In this document: positions 14,001 to 28,000 of the stretch, in pieces
Layout of the letters: each line of letters starts with the position of its first letter
How positions within the stretch are numbered: position 1 is the stretch's first letter
Origin: Chrysomallon squamiferum
Lineage: Eukaryota; Animalia; Mollusca
Assembly: GCA_012295275.1 (NCBI GenBank)
Contig: CM022672.1
Location: 35,740,414-35,804,413, forward strand
Direction of reading: 5' to 3'
Length of the DNA stretch: 64,000 nt
Notes under the pieces: model-generated
What the model saw: the letters and a program-made list of their open reading frames with translations, nothing else
What the model was told of the DNA's origin: nothing
The model's database searches: none
Translations under genes and position numbers: made by a program

Positions 14001-16994
14001 GTAAACAGTGTGTGTAAACAGTGTGTAAACAGTGTGTGTAAAAAAGTGTATAAAACAGTGTGTGTAATCAGTGTGTGTGTAAAACAGTGTGTGTGTGTAA
14101 TCAGTGTGTGTAATCAATGTGTGTAATAATCTGTGTGTGTAATCAGTGTATGTAATCAGTGTTAATGTAAACAGTGTAATCAGTAATCAGTGTATAATCA
14201 GTGTAAATCAGTGTGTATAATCAGTGTGTAATCAGTGTAATCAGTGTGTATAATCAGTGTGTGTAATCAGTGTGTGTAATCAGTGTATCATGTAAAAATC
14301 AGTGTAAATCAGTCAGTGTGTGTAATAATCAGTGTGTAATCAGTGTGTGTAATCAGTGTGTGTAATCAGTGTGTGTAATCAGTGTGTAATCAGTGTGTGT
14401 AATCAGTGTGTGTAATCAGTGTGTAATCAGTGTGTAAACAATCAGTGTGTGTAATCAATCAGTGTGTAATCAGTGTGTAATCAGTGTGTGTAATCAGTGT
14501 GTGTAATCAGTGTGTGTAATCAGTGTGTGTAATCAGTGTGTAATCAGTGTATAATCAGTGTGTAATCAGTGTGTAATCAGTGTGTAATCAGTGTGTAATC
14601 AGTGTGTAATCAGTGTGTGTAATCAGTGTGTAATCAGTGTGTGTAATCAGTGTGTAAACAGTGTGTGTAATCAGTGTGTGTAATCAGTGTGTAATCAGTG
14701 TGTAATCAGTGTGTAAACAGTGTAAATCAGTGTAAATCAGTGTGTGTAATCAGTGTGTAATCAGTGTGTGTAAATCAGTGTGTGTAATCAGTGTGTGTAA
14801 TCAGTGTAAACAGTGTAAACAGTGTGTGTAATCAGTGTAATCAGTGTAATCAGTGTGTGTGTAAAAATCAGTGTGTGTAAACAGTGTGTGTGTGTGTAAT
14901 CAGTGTGTAATCAGTGTGTGTAATCAGTGTGTAATCAGTGTGTGTAATCAGTGTATGTAATCAGTGTGTAATCAGTGTGTGTAATCAGTGTGTAATCAGT
15001 GTGTGTAATCAGTGTGTGTAATCAGTGTGTGTAATCACAGTGTGTGTAATCAGTGTCAGTGTGTAATCAGTGTGTGTAAAGTGTGTAAACAATCAGTGTG
15101 TGTAATCAGTGTGTAATCAGTGTGTGTAATCGGTGTGTAAACAGTGTGTGTAATCAGTGTGTGTAATCAGTGTGTAAACAGTGTGTGTAATCAGTGTGTA
15201 AACAGTGTGTGTAATCAGTGTGTAATCAGTGTGTAATCAGTGTGTAAACAGTGTGTAAACAGTGTGTGTAATCAGTGTGTGTAATCAGTGTGTGTGTAAT
15301 CAGTGTAAACAGTGTGTGTGTGTGTAACAGTGTGTGTGTAAATCAGTGTGTGTGTAAATCAGTGTGTGTAAAACAGTGTGTGTAATCAGTGTGTGTAAAT
15401 CAGTGTGTGTAATCAGTGTGTGTAATCAGTGTGTAATGTGTAAACAGTGTGTGTGTAAAACAATGTGTGTGTAATCAGTGTGTGTAATCAGTGTAAACAG
15501 TGTGTAATCAGTGTGTGTAAATGTGTGTAATCAGTGTAATCAGTGTGTAATCAGTGTGTGTGTAATCAGTAATCAGTGTGTGTAATCAGTGTGTGTAAAC
15601 AGTGTGTAAACAGTGTGTAATCAGTGTGTGTAAACAGTGTGTGTAATCAGTGTGTGTGTAAACAATCGGTGTGTTGTAATTGTGTAGTGTAAATCAGTGT
15701 GTGTAAACAGTGTGTGTGTGTGTATCAGTGTGTAATCAGTGTGTGTAATCAGTGTGTGTAAACAGTGTGTGTAATCAGTGTGTGTAAACAGTGTGTGTAA
15801 TCAGTGTGTGTAATCAGTGTGTGTAATCAGTGTGTGTAATCAGTGTGTGTAATCACACGTACCTCTAGCTCCCTGCTTTGATGATTTCTTCTCTGCAGCA
15901 ACAACACGTTTAGGCTTTTTCACCTTTTCCACCTCTTCCATTTCTTAAAAAAAAAAAACAGTAAGAGAATTATTTAAAAAATGGATTGTCAAGTTGTATG
16001 TGATAGTTTATTAAGTGTATCAAGTGAAGTTTCTGTTTTAGATATTGGAGGAATTAGTAAGAGAACAGAGACTAGTTTTTCACAGAGTTGAATTTGGATT
16101 TGATCCTATAATCCTAAATAAATATTAATTTGAAACTATTTATCAAAGCCAGAGATCAATATTTGTATTTTTTATCTTTGTAACAAGGGTTTGATCTATG
16201 AAGTAGTGACAATTTGTCAATGCCACATGTTGCTTTTAATATTTCTCATTTTTCTCAGATGGCTTTAATTCTATAATCCTGAATTAAATATTAATTAGTA
16301 ATTGTTTATCTAAGTCAGACCATCAACATTCATATTGCCTCTCTTTCTACCTTGGATCTTATTCTATAATGCTAGATAAACTATAACTTAGTAACTATTT
16401 ATCACCGTACCTTCACATTTCTTGTCTTTCTAACTTGGATCTTATTCTATAATGCTAGATAAACTATAACTTAGTAACTATTTATCACCGTACCTTCACA
16501 TTTCTTGTCTTTCTAACTTGGATCTTATTCTATAATGCTAGATAAACTATAACTTAGTAACTATTTATCACCGTACCTTCACATTTCTTGTCTTTGTCTC
16601 TGGCTGTTTTCTTAGCAGACTTTTTAGCAGCAGATCTGCTCACAGTGTGATACGCTGGGAACATTCGCTTGTCCACTACAGCAAAACCTTGAGAAAAGCA
16701 AAATTAAAAACTTTAAAATTAAATGTAATACAACTGAAAAATGATTTATCAACGCGCATATTTCACAGCTGATAAATAAATAAAATGCTAATTGAAAAGT
16801 AAACAGATATTCTTTTTTCTCTGAGTACTTGAATAGGGTCACACTGAAAGATGATGCTTGGTAAGATCAAGTTTTTCACTTTGATATTCTGTTTACGGTT
16901 CCACACATTTGTTGTCAGAATTAAAAGTGATGCCTCTGTGTTCTTTACTAGCTAATTAGAATAGGGACTAGTATTTGACTAAACTTTCATATAA

Positions 16995-17025
<31 letters not shown>

Positions 17026-19665
17026 AAATATTTTAACCTTTGTACTGAGGGACAGGAGGTCCAGAAGCCACTTTTCTTGACTTGGGATAGTTCTCTGTGG
17101 CTTCAATGCGCTGTTTGATGCTGGTCACATGGACGACGTTGCTGTGGCAGTTGAGACTGGATTCGCTGGTGCTGTCTCGACTGGCTGTCACAGCAGTGAC
17201 AAGCATCTCATCTCGACTTGACTCTGTTTAAATCACAGAGGAAATATGACTTTAGCTCAGTCAAGTTCCAGACACACAGCAGTAAGATAGAAAAAAACAA
17301 ATAAAGTCAGAAAGAACAGAAAGAACAGATGGAAATGAACCAAAATCAGTGAGATAGAAAAACAGAATAAGAATGATAGATTAATGCAATAGAATAAGGG
17401 GAAAAAAGAAAAAGAAAAAGAAAAAGAAAAGAAAAAAGTTTAAAAAAAAAACCAAGAAAAACCCCCCACACAAAACCAAATAAACCACAATAACAAGTAA
17501 GTATAAAACATTTTTACTTTGATGCACACATCAAGATTAGATTTACATGCTCACCTGACAGTGAATGATTCAAACGCTGTTGTCGTATTTTTTCTTTTAG
17601 TTTAGCCAGGATTTCTGCCAAAGTTAAAGAGAATATTTTTATATATTTCCAAATAATAGTTGTTTATCTCAAAATTATTTATCATATTAAATAACACCAC
17701 CAGCACTGCAACTTATACTTACATTTAAATAATTACCTCAGTATCTTGTTAAATCCAAAATTAGTAAAAAAAAGGGGGAAAAAATATGAAATGTATAAAT
17801 TACAATTTTCCAAATCGACAAAAATAAAAATTATTTCAATGTCTACCAAATCAATTTACTAAATTAAATATGGAAGAAAAAGTAATTATAACTGTAATAT
17901 TAAAAACAAATTAATCAAAACATTGGTGAATTAATCAGAATAACAGGTTTTCAAGTTGTTTTTCATTTTCACATATTAAAAAAAGAAAAATCAAATCAAA
18001 TAAATTTCAAAGAAAAGAAAGGGAGATAACAAGGATGTAATTTATGCAAATACACAAACACATACAAAAAAATTTAAAATTATCATATTTTATAGAAATC
18101 ATTAATCATACCACATTTTAAACTTTTTCAATAAGTCTATTAGGCACATTAATGAGCTTTTTTCAGTGATAGTGTTTATTTTTAATTGCTTTTATATATT
18201 CATGTATTTCTACTTGAACCGAGTAACATTTGCATGACTAGATACATTAACACATCAATATCATTCAATCAAATACACACATGCACATACATGCACCAAA
18301 ACACACACACACACACACACACTTACGTAATAATATAGCTAAATTTCATATCTAAATATAAACAAGATAAATCAACAAGTTCAATAAGGATGAGGTGATA
18401 ATGAAAATTATGAGCAAACAACAAAACAAAACCAAAAAACACAGAAAAAAACTAAAAAAAATAAAAATAAAAAAAAAAAAAAAAAAAAATAAAACTAAAA
18501 AATTAAGAAAAAAAAAAAAAATAAAAATAAAAATAAAAATGTAAGTAAGAAATAAGTGAAAAAAATAGCATATCAACGAAAGGTTGGTTCACTCTGAAGT
18601 ATATTTATAACAAAAAAAAAGTAAAAAGAAAATGACAATATTTAAAATATATTTGGTCTTTTTGTTAGCAACAAATGCAGGTGCATTATGAAAAATCTAT
18701 TTCTGGCAACAGTCAAATCTCTTTATAACATTCTCTTTGTTATTACAATGAGCTGGTTACATAAGACATTTTCTTAGACTGAATTACAACAAGCCCCAAA
18801 CCTTGGAACTGGCAAACCAATTTGCCACTAATTTCCCAGCTGTGTTAGAGAATAAATGAATATGCTGATTGTTTGAAATTTAAGGTTAAAAAAAAGCAGA
18901 TGGTGGCTTGGAAAGGTAAATTAGGTGTATTAGGTGTTAAATTCTTGAATAAGAAAATAAATTCATTTTTTTTTATTACCGTCTTCCTGTGGCAGATCTG
19001 TCAAGTTTTTCTTCAGAAGCCGAGTTTTACATTTTCCGTTTGTGAGAATCCCATCATGTTCCCTCCTACCCCCCACAGTACTGGGTTTGAAAGTCTTGTC
19101 ATCTGCTGCCTCAAACAGGTGTTGGCTGTACCCACCTGCCACACCCACTGAAGATGAGGTGAGAGCTGAGGGAACTCTCTGCATGCTGGAATAGTCAACC
19201 CGGTTTCCTGAACTGTCACCAGCGTGAATTCCTTTTATCCGATTAACATCAAGGTCTTTTGACGTCAGCCCGAACTTGCTGTATGCTGTGGCAGTGGGGT
19301 TGGCGATGCTGTCAGTGTATGTACCATCGTTGTTGACCTCTCGCAGCTGGAAGTTAGGAAGAAAGTCGACCTGTTTCGGACTTGCCGTGCGAGTGAACCT
19401 CGACAGTGCTTCATGTCTGTCGTAACCATTACAGTTTCGTGATCTTGTTTTCCTTTCCATCGCCTTTTTTTGAATCATCCATTCACCAGGCTCACTTTCT
19501 TCTTCAACATACTTGTCATCTGTCAAAGTAATATTTCAATTTGCTTTATGAATTTATTTTACAGTTGAAAATATTCCAGGACTTGTTTCAAAGAAAGAAA
19601 TCCAAGATTTTTGTATATATTCTTTTGTTGCAGATAATAAATTAGTGGCATAACACTTCAGCATA

Positions 19666-19715
<50 letters not shown>

Positions 19716-22700
19716 CACACACACAAATACATAAAATTTGAACACACACAAATAAATCAGACTAATGAACATACACAAATACATAAAATTTGAAACAAAT
19801 AAATCAGACTAATGATCTTATCACATTATTGAGGGTTTTTTTTAAGTGAAATTGAGATAATAAAATTTTTAATAAAATATAATAAATTTAATTGATTTAT
19901 TTATTATGAAATCTAAATTGATTAATTTCATTTAAATAAATATTAAAAATAAAATATTAATATCTCTTCTCAAGAAATGTATTTTGTTTTCTTGTTTTGA
20001 TTTCAATTTTATTATTATTATTTATAAATGAAATAATAAATATTAAGAACATCTATCACATTATTTATATTGTAGTTTATTTGCTGTTAATGAGAATATT
20101 CCAGACTTCAGTAAAACTAGTGAATATTCTAATCTGAGATAGGAACAAGATGGAAATACTGGACACAAACTAAAAAATAATAATAAAATAAAATAAATAA
20201 ATAAATAAAATCTAACCTAAGTGACTGATCTTTCTTCTTACACTTTGAGTCAACTTGCTTTTAACACTGTGCTCAGTTTTTGGAAAAGGCTGTAAAAAAA
20301 TAAAATAAAAATAGAAATGAAGGTAATGTATTCAAATTATAATCCCTTTTATTTTTATTTTTTATTTTTTTTAAATAATATTTATATTTAATAATCACAC
20401 CTCAGTAGTTTAACACAGTACTTTATGAAAATACAAAGCCACTGCATTTGATTTTCTTTCTTTGGAACAAATTAATAATGAGAAAGTTTCAAAGTAGCAT
20501 TAAAATAAAACAAATTTGAATTCAGATCTAATAACACTTCCAAAGACAAAAAAAATAAACCTGTAAAAATTAAAAATAATAATTATGTATTGTATGTTTA
20601 AAAAATAAAATAATAATAATAGTGAAATAAAAATAAAATAAAAACTGAAATCATTATAAAAATATAATAATAAAAATAAATTTATAAATAAATAAATAAA
20701 TAAGAACAACAGCAATAATGATAAAGGTATTTGCAATAAAATTATTAAAAACTACTACTACTGCTACTATAACTACTACTTCTAATAATGACAACAACAA
20801 GACATATGAATTAGAAAAAAATCCTATAGCCATGCTTGCTAGGCTCTTTTATTATTTAGATATGCAGGAAATAAAACAATCTCTGATTAACTTATCTGTC
20901 CACAATGAAGTCTTGTCACCCTGCAGTTCCATAACAAAAAACACTTTTATCATGTGTGCATGTATCACTGAATTATTTACAAATGCAAAACCTTTTTGAC
21001 AAGCAAAGCCCCTGTCATATACAGTAAACAGATTTTATAGTTTAACATGTTTTAGAGTTGTTGTTTTTTTTTTTTTTTTTGCATCTGTATGAAAACTTTC
21101 CTATGAGAACTATGTTTCCTAAAATAGAATAAAAAAAATAGTAAAAAAAAAATAAAAATAAAATAATAATAATAAAATAAAAACTTTTTGGACTTAGGTG
21201 AAATAAAATATCTAGAATAAACATTTTTACTTATAGAAAAGATATGTTTTATTCAAAGCATGGTCTCAGAATAAAAAAAAAAAAAAAAAAAAAATTAAAA
21301 TTGAAATAATAATAATTATAGTATTGATAATGATGATAAATTAATAATAATTATTAAAAACCCACAAAATATTCAATAATAAGGAATGTGTATTTTTTTT
21401 TCAAAAAGCAGATTTTTGTTTCTTCTATTCTTGTTTTTCATGGTATTTTAAACAATAAAATAAAAACAATAAAATATATAAATAAATAATAATAAATTTT
21501 TTTTTTTAAATAATTGAAATGGACACTGACACAGGTTAAACGACTAAGATGTTTGCAATACACCTGTACGAGTGTTTTGCACTGACACAGGTTAAACGAC
21601 TAAGATGTTTGCAATACACCTGTACAAGTGTTTTGCACTGACACAGGTTAAACTGCTAAGATGTTTGCAATAAGATAGGTTAAACTGCTAAGATATTTGC
21701 AATACACCTGTACAAGTGTTTTTCTCACTTTTCTAATTTCTGTTAGATAAATAAAATCTTTTCCAATGCACAAAATTATTTTTCCTTTTCTTGGATAAAC
21801 TTCTTTTTAACTCAGTGAGTGTTGCCATTATATTTTTTCTTCGCCAATATCATGTACAGAACAAATATTATATTCTTTTTTATATAATCTTTCTTTTCTA
21901 TGGTTGTACAATTACAGAATTAAATTAAATTTACTTATTTTTATAAAATGGACTCAAGTTTTCCAGAAAATTTGTTTTTCATTCTATTTGAGTGATCCAT
22001 GTTAAAAATGTTCAACAAAAAAAAAAAAAAAAAAAAAAAACGAGTATTTAGATAACAGAAATTTTATAACTTTTCATGCTGCATTTGATTTATTACTATG
22101 TACAAATGACTTTCAGCACAAAGAAAAAACGAGAATTAAAAAAACAAAATAAAGTAACAATGGTTCTAAGCAATGCACCAACGAATCTAAACAACTAAAG
22201 AGTATGAACAGAACTTTAATAATAGATTCAAGAAAAGTAAAATGATATTTAAGGATTATATTTGTTTTTTAATTCTGTTCTGCCTATTTAATATGTTTGA
22301 CTGAACAATGTTTTATTTTTAATTTTTATTATTATTATTTTTTTAAACTTTTGTTTTGGAAATGAGTATGTGTGAAGTCATAACTAAAAAAAAAAGGATT
22401 AAAGTTATCTGACGTCTTTACAAGTGTAAACATCAAAAATTTCACATTAATGTTGATTTTGTACTCCACCTTTTAACCTATCTATCCTGTATTATATTAA
22501 CTTAAATAATAATAATAATAATAATATTAGTAACAAAATAAAAATAAAATAATAATAATAGTAACATAATAATAATAATAATAATAATAGTAACAAAAAA
22601 TAATTTAAAAAGTAAATTAAAAATTAAAAAAAAAAATAAATAAACAAAAAAAACAACAACACAAAAACAAATTGAAATGAACTTAAATAACTTTGACTCA

Positions 22701-23836
22701 GGTTAAATTTCTGAGATAACTGCAATGCACCTGTATGACTTTGACAGACCATAAATCACCAAAATAACTGAAATATGTTTAAATTCAGTTTGGCATAAAC
22801 CAGCAACTATTTGAAAGTACAAAAACATTCATAACAACATATATGTTCATATAATCAGTTAGAGAAACAACAAAAAGGGTGCTAAACTAAATCTGAATGT
22901 ATCACTATGACAACATACTGGACAGAAAAAAAAAATCTGCTGGTCACTCTGTGATCATTTATATGAATAAAGATATTAGCAATCAGTAAATTTTCAAGAA
23001 GAAACAAAAACAACAACAAGAACATTAATACAGATATTTATATGGCTTTCAGAAAACAGCTTTAGAAGTATCTGATAAAATTAATATAATTTGGTTTATT
23101 ACTTTCCATTGCTTATATTAACATATGATGACCATGAATACTTAAAGTTAGCAAGTCATCATATCTTGTCAGTATTTACAGTGAATACTTAAAGTTAGCA
23201 AGTCATCATATCTTGTCAGTATTTACAGTGAATACTTAAAGTTAGCAAGTCATCATATCTTGTCAGTATTTACAGTGAATATGTGTGTGTGTCATATCTT
23301 GTCAGTATTTAACAAATACTTAAAGTTTTGATGTACATTTTTTACAGTGTATGACATCAAAAAACAAATATATTCAAGAGTTTTTGAGAAATAAAATTCA
23401 TTTAAAACATTTAAACTTCATTTAATATTTTGTATTTTAAAATTGTAGGACAAAAGAAATAAACTTTTTAATATCTTAAATTGTCAGCCTCATGCTGCTC
23501 AGACCCAGTGGCAAATTTTACAAGTCAAAAATATGTGTAAAAGTCTTATATTTAAAAGGACTTAAAAGTTACTTTGTGAGTTTTTACAAGTCAAAACACA
23601 CACACACACATCTGTACACACACACACACACACACACACTACAATGTATAAAATCTTAGTCAAACAATGTGGAAAATTCAGAAGTCTGAATTACCTGTGT
23701 CAGATAAGCAGTCTAGTAAATAAACTATACCATTACTACTAATTCTACTACTATACTCATAGTAACAATAGAAGTAGTGGTGATGGTAGTAATGGTAGTA
23801 GGTAGTAGCAGCAGCATCAACAGCAGTAGTATATTT

Positions 23837-23872
<36 letters not shown>

Positions 23873-25039
23873 GTACATTCTTAAACTGAAAACAAAAAAG
23901 AGAAAAATAAAATATCATTTGTAAATATTTAGCATCATCAAAATATAAATATATTTATATATAGGATATTACAGGAACAACAGCCACAATAACAATAATT
24001 AAGAACAACAACAACAACAACAACAAAATAACTTACACATAATTCACACTGTACAAAATATATTCTTAAGATCCACTCACACAAATGGAATGTCTCCAAA
24101 CACACTTTATTTACTTGTAACAGTTTTAATTACACACTTAAGAAGGATTATTTTATGTGTACTGACCTCATAAACTGGCTGCTTACAAATACAAAAATTC
24201 CAAGACCAAAGTATGAAAAGTAGTCAGTAATCCACGATAATGTTATAGACAGATATACAAAGATTTGGCTTTACCCAACTATGCCTTGAAAATATATTTC
24301 AAAGCTCGTGGAAAATAATTCTTTATAAATAAACAACGACTCTATTACTAATAATTGTTATTATTATTATTTTTGGATGCTATGAAAACAAAATTGCTAA
24401 TTAAATCATTTTAAACAGGTATATAGAAATCCTTGCAAATTTGCACTCACCTGTTTCCTTGACTTGCCAATAGGATCCCACACCCAAGTACAGGTGTGTT
24501 CTGAAGAAACAAAGTTATATCAATCATTAGTATCAATAATAACACAGCAAGTAACATCAAAATTTAGACAAGTAGTAAAGGTACTAATCTTATCTGTAGT
24601 AGGTGAATAGTGTAACAAAATGTTATTATTAGCATATTTATATTTTTGTTCATAATTATTTAATTACTAATATAATTTATACAATAAAAAGTAAATTTTC
24701 TTATATGTGACTTTAATAATTATGAATAAGCTCTTATATAAATATTAGCATAATTATTAAATTGATTAATATCTTTAAAAATATTTATACTATCAGTAAT
24801 AACACTGACATTGATTATTATTATTATTTTGTTTCAGTATAATATAAGTAGTCAAGTGGACAGAATAATCAAAACAACAAATTGCTTAATTTAAGTAGTA
24901 GTAACATTATAAGTAGTAATATTCCAGCTGAATATTCTAATACCAGTACAGATACCCTTTACCATTACATGCAGTGTAAATTACTTTGTTTTGTTTAAAA
25001 TATATCACATCCTGTTTTCTTTCTCTCTCTCTCCACACC

Positions 25040-25077
<38 letters not shown>

Positions 25078-28000
25078 CTGATACAGACAGATAAGTTTAT
25101 TATAAATTTATAATCTTAAATCAAAGATTTATCTTCAGACCAATTTCTTTTTGAGTCTTCTATGAAGCACCTATGGAAATAGTTAAATGAAGACCCACAA
25201 TGTTTTTTTTTTTATTGAAGATGTTTTATTGAAATTTTTTACATTCTTCTACAGAAAGGTAGCAATGGATAAAACAAAAATTACATTCAGGCAACGAATT
25301 TATTTATAATATCAAGATGAATAATCTGATTATTATGCAATCATTTTCATCATTTTTAGCTATGTTAGTTTTGAATTTTTTTTATTGTTATTGTTATTGT
25401 TATTATTATTATTATTCTATTCTTACCCCATATTCCAAAATTAATTAGTTTATAGCAGTAATAAAGAAACAAACTTGAATATAAACATGAAACAATTATA
25501 TATATGTATATATGGTGTATGTGGCAAGCATGTCATTTGAGTATAGCAGATATGGAAATATCACAAATAGTTTTGTTGTGTGCAGAGGGAATTAATATAT
25601 AAGAATGGGATTATCTACATTTAGTATTATCTACAGCAGAGAGGTAAACACTACAAGAATGAGTTCATAGTGATACACTTATTTGTAACTTGAGTTAACT
25701 TGAGTAACATGAGTAACATTTGTACCTACATCAGTATTAACAAACCCAGCAGAGAGGTAAACACTACAAGAATGAGTTCATAGTGATACACTTATTTGTA
25801 ACTTGAGTTAACTTGAGTAACATTTATACCTACATCAGTATTAACAAATGTAGAAATATAGTAATAATGCCAAAAGAAAATATATAAATATGCCAATATC
25901 ATTATTACTGAATATTTCAACATAAATTAATACCAATACTCTTAATAAATATTTTTCTACCGTAATTTTAACTTTAAGCATTTCAGGCAATTATTTTTCT
26001 AGGTTACAGATATAATGTCAACTATCCACATAAACATTCACTGCACATTTTACTATGTAGAAAGTTCTGTTTTCATTTTTCTATTAGGGATTACAGCAAA
26101 AAATTATGATGATTTTATTGTTCCCAATGTATATTTTATGATATAGAAAAAACACTGAAAGATTAATATATTTTTATAAAATTACTTGAAATCACATGTT
26201 CCTATGAATATGAATGGTTATAGCCATTTCACAGATACCTACATCAGTGAAACAGAGAGAGAGAGAGACAGAGAGTAATAATAAAAAAATAAAGAAGAAA
26301 TATCTGATAGCCATTTTTAATTCACAAATATCAATATTAATCTAACTAGAAAATTTCATAAGATGGGTTCTATTATTAATACTAGCAATTAATTTAATCA
26401 TATCAGTATTAATACAACTTAAGCATTTCCTATTTTAAGATTTATTATTATTAATGATAGTATATGTACTAATGTCAGCCATAACTTTACTGAACTTCTT
26501 ATATTTAACAATATTTTTACTATTAACATCAGTGAGACTACACTACTAATGAAATCTGCCAATATAAATACTAACAAATTTAAATTTACTAAACATATAA
26601 TTATTAACAGAAGTAGTATATCAGTGCAAATCTGATAACATTATAAAGTTACTATTAGTATTAGCAAAAGTATAAATTTACTAAAAATATCAGTATCCAT
26701 TTCCTAATAATATCAATATTAACAAAAATACAAATTTACTAACACTATTAACACGAGTACAAATTTGCTAATAATATTACTTATTAAGAAAATATTAAAA
26801 CAGTATTAGTATAAGAATTAACAAAAGCATAAATTTACTACAAATATGATTATTAACACAAGTAATTTTCTAATGTCAGTATTAACTGTATAAATTTACA
26901 AAAAATATCATTATTAACAAAGGTATAAATATGATAATAATATCAGTATTACAAGAAGTTCTATAACACTATATTGATGATATACATACAAACACACTGT
27001 ATTGTAAATTTAAAAACACATCACACACACACACACACTGTATAGTAAATTCAAAAATATATTACACAAGTGTATTCTAAATTTAAAAATATATCAACAC
27101 ACATTGTATTGTAAGTTTAAAAATAAATCACACATACACTATAATGTAAATTTAAAAACACACAACACACCTATACAGACTGTATTGTAAATGTAAAACA
27201 CATACTATGCTGTATTCTAATCTGATCAGAACTTTCTTATTTTATCTAAACACAAATAAACTATACTGTGATAAAATTTTCAACACAGCAGTATTATCAG
27301 TAAAACAAAATATTCATGTAGATATTGTTTAAATATTAATCTCAGTTCTTTGATAAAGTTTTTATTTCATTTGTCCATAGCAGTACTGGTATAAGCAAAT
27401 TTACTGTGTCAAATGTTTATACTAATCAGTACTGTAACAACATATCATTTCTAAAAACCAACATTAAAAAAAAAAATTTAAATTTATTATTTTTGCACAA
27501 AAATGAATTTTTTCTAAATTTACTCAACAAACAATACATGTGCTATATTATCATCAAAAACCTGATTTAAAGTACTGAAGATTTTGTTTCTACATATTAT
27601 TCAGAAAAATACATGTTTTATTGTCTGGATGCTTAGGAATATAAGTACAAGTTATTCTGAAAACAGTGTGTGTGTGTGTGTGTGCGCGTGCATGTGCATG
27701 CATGTATGTATGTATGTATGTATGTATGTATGTATGTATGTATGTATGTATGTATGTATGTATGTACTGCTCAATGTCAAATTCATTTTGTTCCTGTTAT
27801 TGTAGAAAGAAAGAAAAAAAGAAAAGAATTATAAACCAACACACAGAGAAACAGAGACACAATGTATTCCAGTATTACATATTTTTAACAGTTTTGTTTT
27901 CTATAAATAATTTAATAACTGAGTGAGTAATTCTTCATTTGTTTCTGACAACTGAATAGCAGTACTCAATAAACTTATATATAAAAAAAAATTAACAAAA

